A stretch of DNA of 60,437 nucleotides, filler included, from 4 parts of 4 records of this genome joined end to end with filler, not necessarily neighbours in it; one strand, 5' to 3'. Counted from the first letter of the whole stretch, positions 1 to 10,628 are shown. Translations and numbers: made by a program. The notes: generated from the sequence alone by a model not told the origin.

Positions 1-26
1 GCTTTCAACCGCTCAGCCATCTCTCC
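1..26 (-). tRNA. tRNA-Ser, 5' portion only (truncated by window start)
   Basis: The reverse complement reads GGAGAGATGGCTGAGCGGTTGAAAGC, a typical tRNA-Ser acceptor stem plus D-arm. The anticodon lies outside the window. Confidence 0.85.
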
Positions 27-40
27 GTTTTGCGAGTTTT

Positions 41-68
41 GTTATACTTTTAATTAAATTAAAGTCAA
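41..68 (-). promoter_or_regulatory. sigma70-type promoter of the tRNA
   Basis: Minus strand TTGACT-N16-TATAAC, ending 14 nt upstream of the tRNA 5' end. Confidence 0.65.
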
Positions 69-119
69 AATATAATGGATATTAAAATATACGAATTAAA
101 AAAAATTTGTTATTTTGAC

Positions 120-1154
120 ATGATGTTTCTTAAATATTTTTTGTTTATTATTATATTCTTTACAACTACTATAAATGCCTGTGAAAAACCAACAATGCCC
201 ACTGAGGATGATTGGAATAATTGGTTGCAAGAAGTTAGAAAAGAAGCTTTAGATATCGGAATAAGCAACAAATCAGTCAACTTGTATTTATCTGATGTTA
301 AACCTCAAAAAAAAATTATATTACGAGATAGGTGTCAACCAGAGTCTACTATTACTCTTAAAGAGTATCTGTATTATCGAGTTGATAAATCAAGAATAGT
401 TGCAGGTAAAAATATGCTTGAAGAGTATGATGATCTCTTATCAGAAATATCTAAATTTTTTGGTATACAGCCAAGATTTATTATAGCAGTTTTAGGTATG
501 GAGAGTTTTTATGGAAGAAACCAAGGCAAAATAGACACTATTACTGCAGTCACTACTCTGGCATTTGATCGTAGGAGGAGTAATTTTTATCGAAAACAAT
601 TATTTGCAGCTTTAAAAATATTAGATGATGGACTTGTTCCTTCAGGACAATTAATTGGAAGTTGGGGTGGGGCAGTTGGCATGACTCAAATGATCCCAAC
701 TACCTTCATAGAAAGTGCATATGATTGGGATGGAGGAGGAATTGATATATGGAATAGTTTTGCAGATGCTTTTGCCAGTACGGCAAATTATTTAACATCT
801 ATAAATAAGAATCCTTGGTCAATAGATAGCACTTGGGGCAGAGAAGTTTTGCCACCAAAAAATATTAAAATTTTTTATTCATCTTTAGAGCAGGAAAATC
901 CAAAAGGTTGTGGGGCAGTAAAAAGAAGATCGATTCCTAAAACATTACCCGAATGGTCAGAATTAGGCTTCAGAACTATTAATAATACTGACTTACCAAA
1001 AAGAGCAGACCTAGAAGCACGTTTAGTGGCTCCTGATGGAATTGATGGAAGAATGTTTTTAGTTTATCCAAACTATAAAAATATTTTGTATTATAATTGC
1101 TCTTCGTATTATGCTTTATCAATAGGCTTATTAAGTGATGAAATTAATAATTAG
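120..1154 (+). CDS. mltB: Lytic murein transglycosylase (MltB/SLT_2 family)
   Basis: Catalytic GMES, GSWGGAVGMTQMIPTT and YN.S..YAL motifs. Signal peptide with an INAC lipobox-like end. ATG at 120 preferred over 75. Confidence 0.85.
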   Translation: MMFLKYFLFIIIFFTTTINACEKPTMPTEDDWNNWLQEVRKEALDIGISNKSVNLYLSDVKPQKKIILRDRCQPESTITLKEYLYYRVDKSRIVAGKNMLEEYDDLLSEISKFFGIQPRFIIAVLGMESFYGRNQGKIDTITAVTTLAFDRRRSNFYRKQLFAALKILDDGLVPSGQLIGSWGGAVGMTQMIPTTFIESAYDWDGGGIDIWNSFADAFASTANYLTSINKNPWSIDSTWGREVLPPKNIKIFYSSLEQENPKGCGAVKRRSIPKTLPEWSELGFRTINNTDLPKRADLEARLVAPDGIDGRMFLVYPNYKNILYYNCSSYYALSIGLLSDEINN

Positions 1155-2079
1155 TTTACTTTTTTTTTTATTAACTTCATGTGAGCAAATTTCTAAAGAA
1201 GAAGTTATAAATACAATAGAAGATACTAAAGAAACTATTGTAAAAAAAACTATCAAATCACCAGATACATCTAATAAAGTAAAAATTAAAGTTGAAGAAG
1301 ATAAAGCTAATAAAAATAAAATTTTTTATCTAATTGGTGAACCTTATTACATTGAAGGTGTTGAATACATACCTGAAGAAAATTATTCTTATGAAGAAAT
1401 AGGCTTAGCAACTTTTTATGATAAAGAGCTTCATAATAAAAGAACTGCCAATAATGATCTTAACAAAGTCACTGAATTATTAGGTAGACACAAAACTTTG
1501 CCTTTACCAAGTATTGTCAAAATAACAAATCTTGAAAACGGTCTGTCTTTAACAATTAAAATCATTGATAGACATGATGATAATACATCTATTATTCAAG
1601 TATCAAGAAAGGTAGCGCAACTTTTGCGTTTTTATAAAAATAAAATAACAAAAACAAAAGTTGAAATATTATCTGATCCTAGTAGACAATGGAAAAATGT
1701 CACTATGTCAATAAATGATAAAGATTTTAATAATACTGTGGAGTCTGCCCCCACTGAAATAGTCTCTATTTCTAATATTGATGAAGATTTGAATACATCT
1801 GAAGACCAAACCGAGGATATAAAAATTGAGCAACCAATAGAGCTTGGCTTTGAAGAAGTAGATGAATTAGATCTTTATTTGCATGTGAATAATTTCAAAA
1901 ATTATCAGGAGATAAAAAATATTGTAAATGAAATTAACTTTTTAGATAAATATACTTCAGAGAATATAGGTAACTTTTACAAATTAATTATTGGTCCAAT
2001 TGACAATAAAACAGCTGATAAATTACTTTCGACATTTATTAGCAAAGGTTATAAGGAGAGCAAATTATTTTTAAATTAA
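1135..2079 (+). CDS. rlpA: Septal ring lytic transglycosylase RlpA family lipoprotein (DPBB plus degenerate SPOR-like C-terminus)
   Basis: LTSC lipobox; IGEPYYIEG, GLATFY and HKTLPLPSIVKITNLENG motifs; position between mltB and dacA. Confidence 0.85.
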   Translation: MMKLIISLLFFLLTSCEQISKEEVINTIEDTKETIVKKTIKSPDTSNKVKIKVEEDKANKNKIFYLIGEPYYIEGVEYIPEENYSYEEIGLATFYDKELHNKRTANNDLNKVTELLGRHKTLPLPSIVKITNLENGLSLTIKIIDRHDDNTSIIQVSRKVAQLLRFYKNKITKTKVEILSDPSRQWKNVTMSINDKDFNNTVESAPTEIVSISNIDEDLNTSEDQTEDIKIEQPIELGFEEVDELDLYLHVNNFKNYQEIKNIVNEINFLDKYTSENIGNFYKLIIGPIDNKTADKLLSTFISKGYKESKLFLN

Positions 2080-2116
2080 TCATACTTGAAACATATTTAA
2101 TAATTATAATTATTTT

Positions 2117-3250
2117 ATGAAAAAATTATTTCTTACAATCTTAATATCTTTTATTTTATTTTCTTCAAAACTATACGCAATTGATACAAAAGCTGAGCAA
2201 GCTATCGTTATGGATTTTGATACAAACGAAATACTTTTTGAAAAAAATTCAAATATAAAAACCCCTCCAGCTTCCATGACAAAGATCATGACAGTTTATG
2301 CGGCCTTTGATAGACTTAAGAATACAGATTTATCTATAGAAAACGAATGTATAGTTTCTGCTAAGGCTTACAAAATGGGTGGTTCTAGAACTTTTCTAGA
2401 AATAGATGACAAGGTATCAATCGATGAGCTTCTTAAAGGAATTATTATTCAGTCCGGTAATGATGCCTCTGTTGCTCTAGCAGAATGCTTAGCTGGAACT
2501 GAAGATGATTTTGCAAAATTAATGAATGTTTATGGCAAAAGATTAGGTATGTTAAATACAAATTTTTTAAATTCTTCAGGATGGCCAGTAGATAATCATT
2601 ACTCTACTGTATATGACTTAGCTCTTCTATCTAATGCTTTAATTAGAGAATTTCCTGATCTGTATTTATATTTTTCTGATAAAGAATTTACTTACAATGA
2701 TATTAAGCAGCCTAATAGAAATAAATTATTATCTTCTGTCCAAGGAGCAGACGGTTTAAAAACAGGTTTTACTAGAGCTTCTGGTTGGGGGATAGCTGCG
2801 ACAGCTAAAAGAGATAGTAGACGTATTACAACTGTTATTAATGGAACTAACAGCTCTAGATCTAGGCTAAATGAAGCCTCTAATCTTATTAATTGGGCCT
2901 TTTCACAAACAAGCCAAAAACTCTTAGTAGATGAAAATCAAGTAATTGTTGAAGTTGATGTATGGTTAGGTAATAAACCTAGGATAAATTTAGTTTCTTC
3001 AAAAAAAATAGTCTCAACTTTATCCTTTGATCAAATACAATTAATAAAATCCTCTCTTGAATATAAAAGGCCAATAGAGGCGCCAATTAAAAAAGGAGAA
3101 GTGTACGGAAAACTCCTAATAGATATTGATGGAAAACCAAACATAGAAGTTGAGTTGATAGCACAAGACAATATTGGAAGTGTTAATCCAATTACTAAAG
3201 TTTTTGCTGCAATTAAATATCTCATTTTTGGCACAAGTTTAGATGAATAA
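2117..3250 (+). CDS. dacA: D-alanyl-D-alanine carboxypeptidase (PBP5/6)
   Basis: SMTK (SxxK), SGN and KTG motifs; signal peptide. Confidence 0.93.
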   Translation: MKKLFLTILISFILFSSKLYAIDTKAEQAIVMDFDTNEILFEKNSNIKTPPASMTKIMTVYAAFDRLKNTDLSIENECIVSAKAYKMGGSRTFLEIDDKVSIDELLKGIIIQSGNDASVALAECLAGTEDDFAKLMNVYGKRLGMLNTNFLNSSGWPVDNHYSTVYDLALLSNALIREFPDLYLYFSDKEFTYNDIKQPNRNKLLSSVQGADGLKTGFTRASGWGIAATAKRDSRRITTVINGTNSSRSRLNEASNLINWAFSQTSQKLLVDENQVIVEVDVWLGNKPRINLVSSKKIVSTLSFDQIQLIKSSLEYKRPIEAPIKKGEVYGKLLIDIDGKPNIEVELIAQDNIGSVNPITKVFAAIKYLIFGTSLDE

Positions 3251-3860
3251 AAAAAAGGGACTATTTATTAGTTTCGAAGGACCTGAAGCTAGTGGAAAGT
3301 CCTCTCAAATCTTATTATTACAAAAATATTTATCTAAAAATAAGATACCTTTTGTTACAACTAGAGAGCCTGGTGGAACAAAACTTGCTGAGTCTCTTCG
3401 TAATTTAATTCTAAAGATAAAATCAGATATTAATATTGATGAGGAAATTTTGATGCTTATGGCTGCAAGATCTCATCATATTAATAACGTAATTAAGCCT
3501 GCTTTAAATAAAGGTGATTTAGTTATATCTGATAGATTTGCTGACTCAACTTTTGTCTATCAAGGTTATGTTAATAAATTTGGAATTCAAAAAGCTAAAA
3601 TTTTACATAAAAATATTTTGAATAATTTTTTACCGCATAAAACTTTTCTATTTAATTTACCTACTTCAAAAATAATCTCTAGACTTAAAAATAGAAAATC
3701 AAAAAATAAATATGACAAACTTGAAAGAAATTTTCACGATCAAGTAAACAAAGGATATGAGCTTATATCAAAGAGTAAAAGATTTATTAAAATAGACGCT
3801 TCTAAATCTATAACTTCTATTAACAAAAAAATTATTAAATCAATTAATTTATTAATATGA
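3243..3860 (+). CDS. tmk: Thymidylate kinase
   Basis: FEGPEASGKSSQ P-loop, TREPGG and SDRF motifs. Confidence 0.95.
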   Translation: MNKKKGLFISFEGPEASGKSSQILLLQKYLSKNKIPFVTTREPGGTKLAESLRNLILKIKSDINIDEEILMLMAARSHHINNVIKPALNKGDLVISDRFADSTFVYQGYVNKFGIQKAKILHKNILNNFLPHKTFLFNLPTSKIISRLKNRKSKNKYDKLERNFHDQVNKGYELISKSKRFIKIDASKSITSINKKIIKSINLLI

Positions 3861-4843
3861 AAAAAGTTATTGGTTTTGATGAAGAATTTGATTTAATTCT
3901 AAACCAATTAATTCATAATAAGCTTAGTAACTCACTTTTGTTAACTGGTAACAAGGGTATAGGAAAAAAATATTTTTTTTCACAGCTTATTAAAGACTAT
4001 ATTAAGACAAAAATTTCAAGTGAACAAACTCAGCATCATTTATCTCTCTTAAAAAATAATACTCACCCTAATATTAAAATTGTAGAAAAGGAGATAGATG
4101 AAAAAACTAAAAAGCTTAAAAATTTTATCATAATAGATCAAATTAGAAAAATTAATCAATTTTCCTTGGAAACTTCAGTAATTGATAATATTCCTAAGTT
4201 TATTGTAATTGATAGTGCTGATGATATGAATATAAATGCTTCAAATGCTCTTTTGAAAATTTTAGAAGAGCCAAGATCAAATACATATTTTTTTTTAATT
4301 TCACATGAACCATCTTCTTTATTGCCTACTATTAAATCTAGATGTCTAAAGATCAATTTATCTAATCATAGCTATGATAATTTTAGTAGTATTATAAAAA
4401 TTTCTAACCCTGATATTAATGAAGAAACAAAAAAATTCCTTTATGATATTACTAATGGCTCTCCTGGATTAATTAACGAATATGAATTTGATGAAATTCT
4501 TAATATATTCGAGAGACTGATTTATTTGATTGCTGATAAAGACCCTTTTTCTGAAAGAAATAATGATACAATAAAATTTTTATCAAGTTTAGATAATGAA
4601 AAATTAAAAGTATTTATATCTTTCATCAAATTTATATTGATAACAATTAATAAAATCAAATTAGGAATTAATATTACTAAAAATTATTTATCTAAAAGTA
4701 TTTTAAAAATTGAAATAATTTCTGATAACATGTCAATAGATCTTATTGAAAGAAAATTAGATTACTTGATTAATAATGAAAATGATTTATTCACCTTTAA
4801 CTTAGATAAAAAAATTTTTATGATAAACTTTACTACAGAATAG
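3857..4843 (+). CDS. holB: DNA polymerase III delta' subunit
   Basis: GNKGIGK, ASNALLKILEEP and TIKSRC motifs; follows tmk. Confidence 0.9.
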   Translation: MKKVIGFDEEFDLILNQLIHNKLSNSLLLTGNKGIGKKYFFSQLIKDYIKTKISSEQTQHHLSLLKNNTHPNIKIVEKEIDEKTKKLKNFIIIDQIRKINQFSLETSVIDNIPKFIVIDSADDMNINASNALLKILEEPRSNTYFFLISHEPSSLLPTIKSRCLKINLSNHSYDNFSSIIKISNPDINEETKKFLYDITNGSPGLINEYEFDEILNIFERLIYLIADKDPFSERNNDTIKFLSSLDNEKLKVFISFIKFILITINKIKLGINITKNYLSKSILKIEIISDNMSIDLIERKLDYLINNENDLFTFNLDKKIFMINFTTE

Positions 4844-4851
4844 TTACAAGT

Positions 4852-6369
4852 ATGTCTTTCTTTATTACTACACCTATTTATTATGTTAATGATGTCCCCC
4901 ATATTGGTCATGCTTACACAACTATAGCATGTGATATTTTTGCAAGATTTAATAAATTAAAAAATGAAGACACCTTTTTTTTAACAGGCACTGATGAGCA
5001 TGGGCAAAAAGTTGAAAAAGCAGCACTAGCTCAGAATAAAGATACTCAAATATTTGTTGATGAAATGTCAACCAATTTTCGAGACCTAGTTCCCTACTTA
5101 GGATGCGATAATGATGATTTTATCAGAACTACTGATAATAAACATAAAAGTGCTGCTCAATTTTTATGGAATAAGCTTAAAAATAATAATCAAATATATC
5201 TGTCTAATTATGAGGGGTGGTATTCAATAAGAGATGAAGCTTTTTACCAAGAATCTGAATTAACTAAAACAGAAAATGGATTTGTAGCTCCATCAGGAGC
5301 GCCGGTAGAGTGGGTAAAAGAAGAAAGTTATTTTTTTAAATTATCTGAATGGGAAAATAGATTAATAGAATTCTATGAAAATAATAAAGATGCTGTACTT
5401 CCTAAATCCAGATACAATGAAGTTATAAGTTTTATTAAGGGCGGTTTAAAAGATTTATCTATTTCAAGAACTACGTTTAAATGGGGAATTAGTGTTCCTG
5501 AAGCAGATGACCATGTTATGTATGTTTGGATTGATGCTCTTTGTAATTATATTACAGCTTTAAATTATCCCGATATAAATAATGATAGTTTTAAGAAATT
5601 TTGGCCTGGTATCCATATAGTTGGAAAAGACATTTTGAGATTTCATGCCATATATTGGCCAGCTTTTCTAATGGCAGCAGATCTCGAGCCGCCAAAGAAA
5701 ATATTTGCACATGGTTGGTGGACTAATGAAGGTCAAAAAATTTCAAAGTCCCTAGGTAATGTTATTAATCCTTATGAAATAATTGATCAATATGGTTTAG
5801 ATCAAATTAGATTTTTCCTTTTTAGAGAGGTTCCTTTTGGAAATGATGGTGATTTTTCTAGAGATGCAATATCGCAACGTGTAAACGCAGATTTATCTAA
5901 TAACTATGGTAATCTAATTCAGCGAATAGCATCATTTATAATTAAAAATGCTAATGCCGAAGTATCAAAACCAAACAAAATTGCAAAAAAAGATGAAAAA
6001 TTACTCCAAGATTTTAATATAACTTTTAAAAATTATTTACATAATATGGAAAGCTTTCAGATTGATAGAGCGCTAAAAAATATTTTTGAATACTTATCTG
6101 AAGTTAATGCATATGTGGATGATCAAGCTCCATGGACATTAAAAAAAACAGACACAACTAGAATGCAAGATGTTTTATATGTTATAACACTAATTACTAT
6201 TAAGTGTTCTGTTTTATTACAGCCTGTTATCCCGTCTAGTATTGATAAAGTTCTTAATATTTATAATCTTTCTTTAAAAGAACTTGATCTAGTAAATATA
6301 AAAGACTTTAATCCAAATACGATAAAATTAAATACACCTAATCCTATTTTCCCTAGAATTGAACAGTGA
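4852..6369 (+). CDS. metG: Methionine--tRNA ligase
   Basis: ITTPIYYVN, HIGH, GTDEHG and KISKS motifs. Confidence 0.97.
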   Translation: MSFFITTPIYYVNDVPHIGHAYTTIACDIFARFNKLKNEDTFFLTGTDEHGQKVEKAALAQNKDTQIFVDEMSTNFRDLVPYLGCDNDDFIRTTDNKHKSAAQFLWNKLKNNNQIYLSNYEGWYSIRDEAFYQESELTKTENGFVAPSGAPVEWVKEESYFFKLSEWENRLIEFYENNKDAVLPKSRYNEVISFIKGGLKDLSISRTTFKWGISVPEADDHVMYVWIDALCNYITALNYPDINNDSFKKFWPGIHIVGKDILRFHAIYWPAFLMAADLEPPKKIFAHGWWTNEGQKISKSLGNVINPYEIIDQYGLDQIRFFLFREVPFGNDGDFSRDAISQRVNADLSNNYGNLIQRIASFIIKNANAEVSKPNKIAKKDEKLLQDFNITFKNYLHNMESFQIDRALKNIFEYLSEVNAYVDDQAPWTLKKTDTTRMQDVLYVITLITIKCSVLLQPVIPSSIDKVLNIYNLSLKELDLVNIKDFNPNTIKLNTPNPIFPRIEQ

Positions 6370-7142
6370 TTGACTCACATTGTCATTTAAATTTTCCTAG
6401 TATTAGAGCAGATATAAAAAATATAATTAAAAGATGTGAGGCTAATGGAGTAAATAAATTACTTACAATTAATACTAACCCTGATGAATTCGATGATCAT
6501 TTTAATTTAATAAAAGAATTTGAAAATATTTATATTGCTTATGGAATTCACCCAGAAGAAGTAAAGGATAATTCATATTTGTCACTTGATGATATTGAAA
6601 TTAAAATAAAAAATTCTAGAGTTATTGGAATTGGAGAAACTGGCTTAGATTTTTATCATTCTATTGAATTTAAGAAAAAACAATATGATATTTTTGAAAG
6701 TCATATTAAAGCATCGAAAGAATTTGACTTACCAATTATAATTCATCAACGTAATTCAGAGAAAGAAATAATTGAAGTTTTAAAAAAATATAAAAATGAT
6801 AATTTAAAAATTGTCTTTCATTGTTTTACGGGGTCCAATGAATTATTACAATTTTGTGATGATAACAAATACTATATTTCCTTATCAGGTATAATTACTT
6901 TCAAGAATGCTAATGCTCTAAGAGAAACTATTAAAAACGCATCCCTGGATCTTCTTCTTATTGAAACAGATAGTCCTTTTTTAGCACCTACACCAATGCG
7001 TGGTAAGAGTAACGAGCCATCATTTGTAAAATTTACTGCTGATTATCTTGCTGATTTTTATTCTATACAAAAAGAAGATTTCTATAAATTAACAGATAAT
7101 AATTTTTACAAATTGTTTTCAAGAGCAAAACAAGATAGTTAA
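6366..7142 (+). CDS. tatD: TatD family deoxyribonuclease
   Basis: DSHCH, GIHP, GETGLD and ETDSP motifs. Confidence 0.93.
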   Translation: MIDSHCHLNFPSIRADIKNIIKRCEANGVNKLLTINTNPDEFDDHFNLIKEFENIYIAYGIHPEEVKDNSYLSLDDIEIKIKNSRVIGIGETGLDFYHSIEFKKKQYDIFESHIKASKEFDLPIIIHQRNSEKEIIEVLKKYKNDNLKIVFHCFTGSNELLQFCDDNKYYISLSGIITFKNANALRETIKNASLDLLLIETDSPFLAPTPMRGKSNEPSFVKFTADYLADFYSIQKEDFYKLTDNNFYKLFSRAKQDS

Positions 7143-7147
7143 TATTG

Positions 7148-7900
7148 ATGAAAATTAGAGTTTTAGGTTGTGGTGGTTCATTTGGCTCACCACTCGCTTG
7201 GGGAAGAAATGGTAATATAGATGTTGGTAATCCGCAAAATTTTAGAACAAGATCATCTGTTTTAATAAGTAATAATAATCAAAATATCTTAATTGATACT
7301 AGTCCTGATTTAAGAGATCAGCTTTATAGAGCTAAATGCACTAAAATTGATGCAGTTTTATTTACTCATGAGCACTCTGATCATACTGCGGGCTTGCCTG
7401 ATATGAGAGCTATGTCATTAATTAACAAATCAATTATTCCAGCTTATTTATCTGCTGAAATACATGACTCCATTATTAGCAATTACAAATACATTTTTAA
7501 AGGAGTAAAAGATTATTCTCCATTTATGACAGCAAATATTTTGGAAGATAATTTTAAAATTGACAATACAGAAATTGAAACTTTTAAACATAATCATGGA
7601 TCTATTGATGTTCAAACATTTAGGATAAATAATTTTGCCTATTCGACTGACATAAAAAATTTTTATGAAAATGATATCGACAAACTCAAAAATCTAGATC
7701 TGTGGATTGTAGGCTTATTAAGATATGACTCACATCCCTCGCATGCCGGATTCGATCAAATTTTAGATTATATTAATTATTTAAAACCAAAAAAAACTCT
7801 TTTTACACACATGACTGCTTTATTAGATCAAAAAGATCTTTTATCTAAATGTCCAGAAAATGTTGAACCAGCTTATGATGGTTTAGAAATTACTTTATGA
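7148..7900 (+). CDS. MBL-fold metallo-hydrolase (PhnP/YycJ-like)
   Basis: LGCGGS, IDTSPD, THEHSDH and AYDG motifs; conserved position after tatD. Confidence 0.88.
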   Translation: MKIRVLGCGGSFGSPLAWGRNGNIDVGNPQNFRTRSSVLISNNNQNILIDTSPDLRDQLYRAKCTKIDAVLFTHEHSDHTAGLPDMRAMSLINKSIIPAYLSAEIHDSIISNYKYIFKGVKDYSPFMTANILEDNFKIDNTEIETFKHNHGSIDVQTFRINNFAYSTDIKNFYENDIDKLKNLDLWIVGLLRYDSHPSHAGFDQILDYINYLKPKKTLFTHMTALLDQKDLLSKCPENVEPAYDGLEITL

Positions 7901-8844
7901 GCGATACCAATGTAGGTTTTGTTGGATTAGGAAATGTAGGGTCTAAAGTTGCAAATAATATTATCATTAATGGATATAAATTATTTGTTTATGATCTTGA
8001 TGAAAAAAAATCAAAAGTTTTAGTTTCTAAAGGAGCTATTTTTTGTAAAAGTATAGAGGAATTAGTTACTGAAGTATCGGTTCTTATAACATGTTTACCA
8101 TCCCCTAAATCAGTTAAGGAAGTTTTATTAAAATGTCTTCCTCAATTAAATCAAAGACATTTGTGGATTGAGATGAGCACAACTGATGAAAAAGATATGA
8201 AATATTTATCTAAATTAGTGTTAGATAAAGAAGCTAAAGTTCTAGAGGCTCCTATTACAGGAGGACAGCATAGAGCAGAAAGTGGAAATATTTCAATTTT
8301 AGTGGGAGGCAGTAGAGAGTCATTTAAAAGATCTTTCCCAATTTTAAGTTGTATAGGCCATCAAATATTACATTGTGGAGAAATAGGTAAAGCTTCAACA
8401 TTAAAAGTTGTAACAAATTATCTTGCTTCAATCAATTTATTAGCTCTTGGCGAAGCTCTAATGGTATGTAAAAAATATGGAATAGATCTTAAAACTGCCT
8501 TTGAGGGAATTAAAATTAGCTCTGGAAATAGTTTCGTTCACGAAACAGAAAGCCAAGTAATACTAAATGGTTCTTATGATGTAGGTTTTACAATGGATTT
8601 AGTATGTAAGGATGTAGGCTTATTTGACAAGCTTACAAAAAAATATGAAATTCCTGCTGAGTTAAGTTCTTTAATGTTAGAAATTTTTCAAAAAGGAAGA
8701 GAAAAGTTAGGTGACGGAGCTTTAAGTACAAGTATCGTTAAACTACTTGAGGAAAATTGTAACGACAATCTTAGAGCTAGTGGCTTTCCATCATTTTTAG
8801 AAGATAAGAATAAAAAGCAAGAAGCAGAGGAGATAATTATATAA
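7897..8844 (+). CDS. NAD(P)-dependent oxidoreductase, beta-hydroxyacid (3-hydroxyisobutyrate) dehydrogenase family
   Basis: GFVGLGNVG Rossmann motif, EAPITGG, KVVTN and KDVGL. Confidence 0.85.
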   Translation: MSDTNVGFVGLGNVGSKVANNIIINGYKLFVYDLDEKKSKVLVSKGAIFCKSIEELVTEVSVLITCLPSPKSVKEVLLKCLPQLNQRHLWIEMSTTDEKDMKYLSKLVLDKEAKVLEAPITGGQHRAESGNISILVGGSRESFKRSFPILSCIGHQILHCGEIGKASTLKVVTNYLASINLLALGEALMVCKKYGIDLKTAFEGIKISSGNSFVHETESQVILNGSYDVGFTMDLVCKDVGLFDKLTKKYEIPAELSSLMLEIFQKGREKLGDGALSTSIVKLLEENCNDNLRASGFPSFLEDKNKKQEAEEIII

Positions 8845-9777
8845 ATGTCTGAGAAAAAAGATTTCATGCCAATCGTATATGAATTTAAAAATGTGCAAAT
8901 GGAAGAAGTTCCAAATACAAATTTATTCAATAGTTTCTTAAAAACTAAAAAATTTGAACAAGTGTTTAATGGAACATTATGGGCGGAAGGACCTTGCTAT
9001 ATTCCTCATAAAGATATGTTAGTTTGGAGTGATAATCCAAATAATAGAATGTTGAAACTTGAAAATAATAAGGTGTCTGAATTTAGAAATCCATCAAATT
9101 TCTGTAATGGAAATACAATTGATAATGATGAAAATTTAATTTCATGTTCTCATGGTGGTCGTTGTGTTTATAAAACAGATGATGATTTAAATGTATCTAT
9201 AATTGTAGACTCTTTTGAAGAAAAAAAATTAAATTCGCCAAATGATGTATGTGTTAAATCCGATGATACTATATGGTTTACTGATCCTCCTTATGGAATT
9301 TTATCAGACTATGAAGGTTATAAAGGGGAGCAGGAATATGATGGTTGTTATGTATTTAAATTTGATCCTCATAAACAAAACCTAGAAGTAATGATTAAAA
9401 ATCTTGATAGACCCAATGGTATAGCTTTCTCACATGATGAAAAGAAATTATACATTGCTGATACAGGTGAAGATGTAAAATATTTATATGTATTTGATGT
9501 CATAAATAACAAGATATCTAATCAACAACTCGTATATGATTTTAAGCCCTTTTTTTCAGATGGTTTTAGGTGCGATAAAGATGGAAATATTTGGACGAGT
9601 GCTGGAAAGGCAATAAAGTGTTTTAATCCAAATAATGAATTAATTGGTCAATTATTACTTCCAGAATTAGTTTCAAATTTAGAATTTGGTGGTAAAGAGG
9701 GTAATATTTTGTACGTAACCGCAACAAGTTCTTTATATAAAATGGAATTAAATCAAATTGGAGCAAAATTTAAATGA
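8845..9777 (+). CDS. SMP-30/gluconolactonase/LRE family protein
   Basis: WAEGP, NSPND, FTDPPYG, PNGIAFS and DG..CD..GNIW motifs. Confidence 0.9.
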   Translation: MSEKKDFMPIVYEFKNVQMEEVPNTNLFNSFLKTKKFEQVFNGTLWAEGPCYIPHKDMLVWSDNPNNRMLKLENNKVSEFRNPSNFCNGNTIDNDENLISCSHGGRCVYKTDDDLNVSIIVDSFEEKKLNSPNDVCVKSDDTIWFTDPPYGILSDYEGYKGEQEYDGCYVFKFDPHKQNLEVMIKNLDRPNGIAFSHDEKKLYIADTGEDVKYLYVFDVINNKISNQQLVYDFKPFFSDGFRCDKDGNIWTSAGKAIKCFNPNNELIGQLLLPELVSNLEFGGKEGNILYVTATSSLYKMELNQIGAKFK

Positions 9778-10106
9778 ATAACGATTTAAAAAATCAAAAA
9801 TGCCAAGCTTGTTCAGGTAATACTCCAGTATTTAACGAAAACCAAATCAGTGCACATTTAGCTAAATTAGATAATTGGACTGTGAATGATGAACAGAAAA
9901 TGATTTATAAAAAATTCACTTTTAAAACTTTTAAGCAGGCTCTTAATTTTACAAACAAAGTAGGGGAATTAGCTGATATAGAAGGCCATCATCCTGACGT
10001 TTCACTTGGTTGGGGTTATTCGTTAATAATGTTGCACACCCATGCTATTAAAGGACTCTCAATAAATGATTTTATCATGGCGGCTAAAATTGATGTTATT
10101 GATTAA
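9774..10106 (+). CDS. phhB: Pterin-4-alpha-carbinolamine dehydratase
   Basis: EGHHPD, THAIKGLS and DFIMAAKID motifs. Confidence 0.9.
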   Translation: MNNDLKNQKCQACSGNTPVFNENQISAHLAKLDNWTVNDEQKMIYKKFTFKTFKQALNFTNKVGELADIEGHHPDVSLGWGYSLIMLHTHAIKGLSINDFIMAAKIDVID

Positions 10107-10137
10107 AAATTTTAATTAAATAATTGAAATATAATAA

Positions 10138-10614
10138 TTAAAAAAAAATATAATATCCAATAAATAAACCAGTACCAAAAATAAAATGACCAATAAGGTT
10201 TTGAGATAAGATTTTATATTGTTCATCACTTTTGGAGGCAAAGAAGCCTAAGCTGTATGCAAATGGCATTAAAAAACACCAAGCTCCTAAAACCGTAAAG
10301 AAACCAAAAATATAAGCAATTAATAGAGAGGGGTAATCAAAAAATAAAAGATTAAAAAAAACATAAAATAGACCATATATTAAGCCTATAATATAATGAA
10401 AAGCGTAACCCCATAATAGTTCATTATCTACCTCATCATCTTCTTTAAGAGATTTCCTAACGTATCTTCCTTCAATGTAACCAAGAAAATATCTTCCTAA
10501 AAAATTCCACTTTGGTTTATCAATATTATAAGCAAAATTTAACGAAAAATTAAATAAGTCAAAAATAATTGTTGCTATAAGACCTGAAATTATTCCTTGA
10601 AATATATACATCAT
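10138..10614 (-). CDS. DUF2938-like membrane protein
   Basis: G..AT..FD, GR, GY.FHY.IG, MP...LGFFASK and H..FG.GL pattern; four hydrophobic segments. Confidence 0.7.
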   Translation of the reverse strand: MMYIFQGIISGLIATIIFDLFNFSLNFAYNIDKPKWNFLGRYFLGYIEGRYVRKSLKEDDEVDNELLWGYAFHYIIGLIYGLFYVFFNLLFFDYPSLLIAYIFGFFTVLGAWCFLMPFAYSLGFFASKSDEQYKILSQNLIGHFIFGTGLFIGYYIFF

Positions 10615-10628
10615 AAAATTTCTTTTAT

